From the NCBI GenBank assembly GCA_010909165.1, contig MU008166.1, positions 1,364,001-1,428,000 of the forward strand: a stretch of DNA of 64,000 nt, written 5' to 3'. The notes beneath the pieces are model-generated. The model did not search any database. It was not told where the DNA came from and saw nothing but the letters and a program-made list of their open reading frames with translations. This stretch comes from Anthoceros angustus. Lineage: Eukaryota > Plantae > Anthocerotophyta. This document shows, in pieces, positions 63,050-64,000 of the stretch; the first letter of the stretch is position 1, and each line of letters begins with the position of its first letter. The translations under genes were made by a program, and so were the position numbers.

Positions 63050-63645
63050 TTTAGATTTTTAGTTTCCCTCTTTCCTAATTCACCTTTTTGCAGCCTATAT
63101 GTATTTATTTGTGAATTAGTTTGATTGATAATTTCACCAAAAATAGGAAAGATGATTCAGATGCTGGAAGGAGGCAACATTGTGAATTAGTGCTACTCAG
63201 ATTGTTCCTTGACAGATGGTTAGGCCTTGTAGTAGTTCTGCATACCAACAACAATATGGTATATGATCGTCTGACCAGCATAGGGTTATTCTTTGCAAAG
63301 CAAGAGAACAACATTCAAAGTGAAACATCCAAGAAATGTTGGTAGAGGCAGAGATAGCTACTCTCATGACATTGTAATGGCACTATACTGCGACATCATT
63401 GAAGGCATAAACAAAAATGTGAAAACGGTCAAACAACAAATTCGACAAAGGATAAGCTCCCTCTAAGACCTTTATATGGTTCCTAGTAGGCACACAGCTA
63501 ACAGCAAGAGAGATACTTAAGAACAAGATACAAGATACTAATAGAATGTCATCTAAAAGACTAAAATAAGGATGTGCAATGTGTAACAAATTCAATTCAA
63601 TGCAATATATAAATAAAAATATAAAAATAATAACAAGTTAATTTT

Positions 63646-63684
63646 TCACAATGCCCTGGCTAAAATATAGCCAGGGCATTGTGA
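63646..63684. other. Perfect 17-bp inverted repeat with a 5-nt loop
   Basis: tcacaatgccctggcta / aaata / tagccagggcattgtga. Confidence 0.95.
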
Positions 63685-64000
63685 GGAGGCGCTTATGGGT
63701 GAGCCAGCTCCACATTTGTGGGTGCTATGATTGTACCCCTTCATACTGCCTAAAAGGCTACATGATGTTAGAGAGGCAAGGCTTAATACTTGCATAGACT
63801 AGGTAATGCTTTAGACTTATAAACTCTAAAATCATTTAGTTTTACGGAAGTCGGTCAGTTTTGCAAAATATGCTTTCCCTGGCGGGTCCTGCTAATGTCA
63901 GGTCGTCGGGTACACTTCACTTATCAGGGCGTGGCTTTACAACGATGTTAGAGTGAGCGGCGATGTGCAAGCTGAACTGCCCGCCTTTCTCAGACAGATC

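Noticed and set aside
62450-63124. PCLAL / ARQGK repeat ORFs
   Set aside because: They are translations of (GGCAA)n.

Overview
This is eukaryotic, plant-type, transposon-dense DNA. The short GT-AG introns and the LRR receptor kinase suggest a non-seed land plant, but the taxon cannot be fixed from the sequence. No rRNA, tRNA gene or CRISPR array was found. The only clear host genes are a multi-exon LRR receptor-like kinase (31013-35425, +) and a kinase-only paralogous remnant (~24050-27136). Other contents: two related TIR-type DNA transposons with Sola-like DDE transposases (a complete 8.86-kb copy at 2017-10875 with 33-bp TIRs and an ACAT target duplication confirmed by an empty paralogous site at 61425, and a truncated copy at ~11890-18260); a rearranged Ty1/copia element with an extra ORF upstream of gag; a MULE with long TIRs; a Tc1/mariner-type MITE; a CRE-like LINE fragment; a LINE-ORF1-like fragment; and many micro/minisatellites and 1.1-1.7-kb tandem duplications. 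Main discovery candidate: on the strand opposite its transposase, the complete Sola-like element carries a frameshifted multi-exon gene. It reads as a ParB/Srx-like domain (VLGG-NH-TFAAMK...LAHHN) followed by a beta-class N4-cytosine/N6-adenine DNA methyltransferase domain (FVWDK...KQP..LMRTL.EAFSKEGEWVVDACSG.GTT...SGR.CVAIEAD). The second, diverged element carries a homologous ParB-like gene in the same arrangement. Most TE reading frames are broken by single-base indels that look like long-read errors, so all protein reconstructions are manual and need frameshift-aware confirmation.
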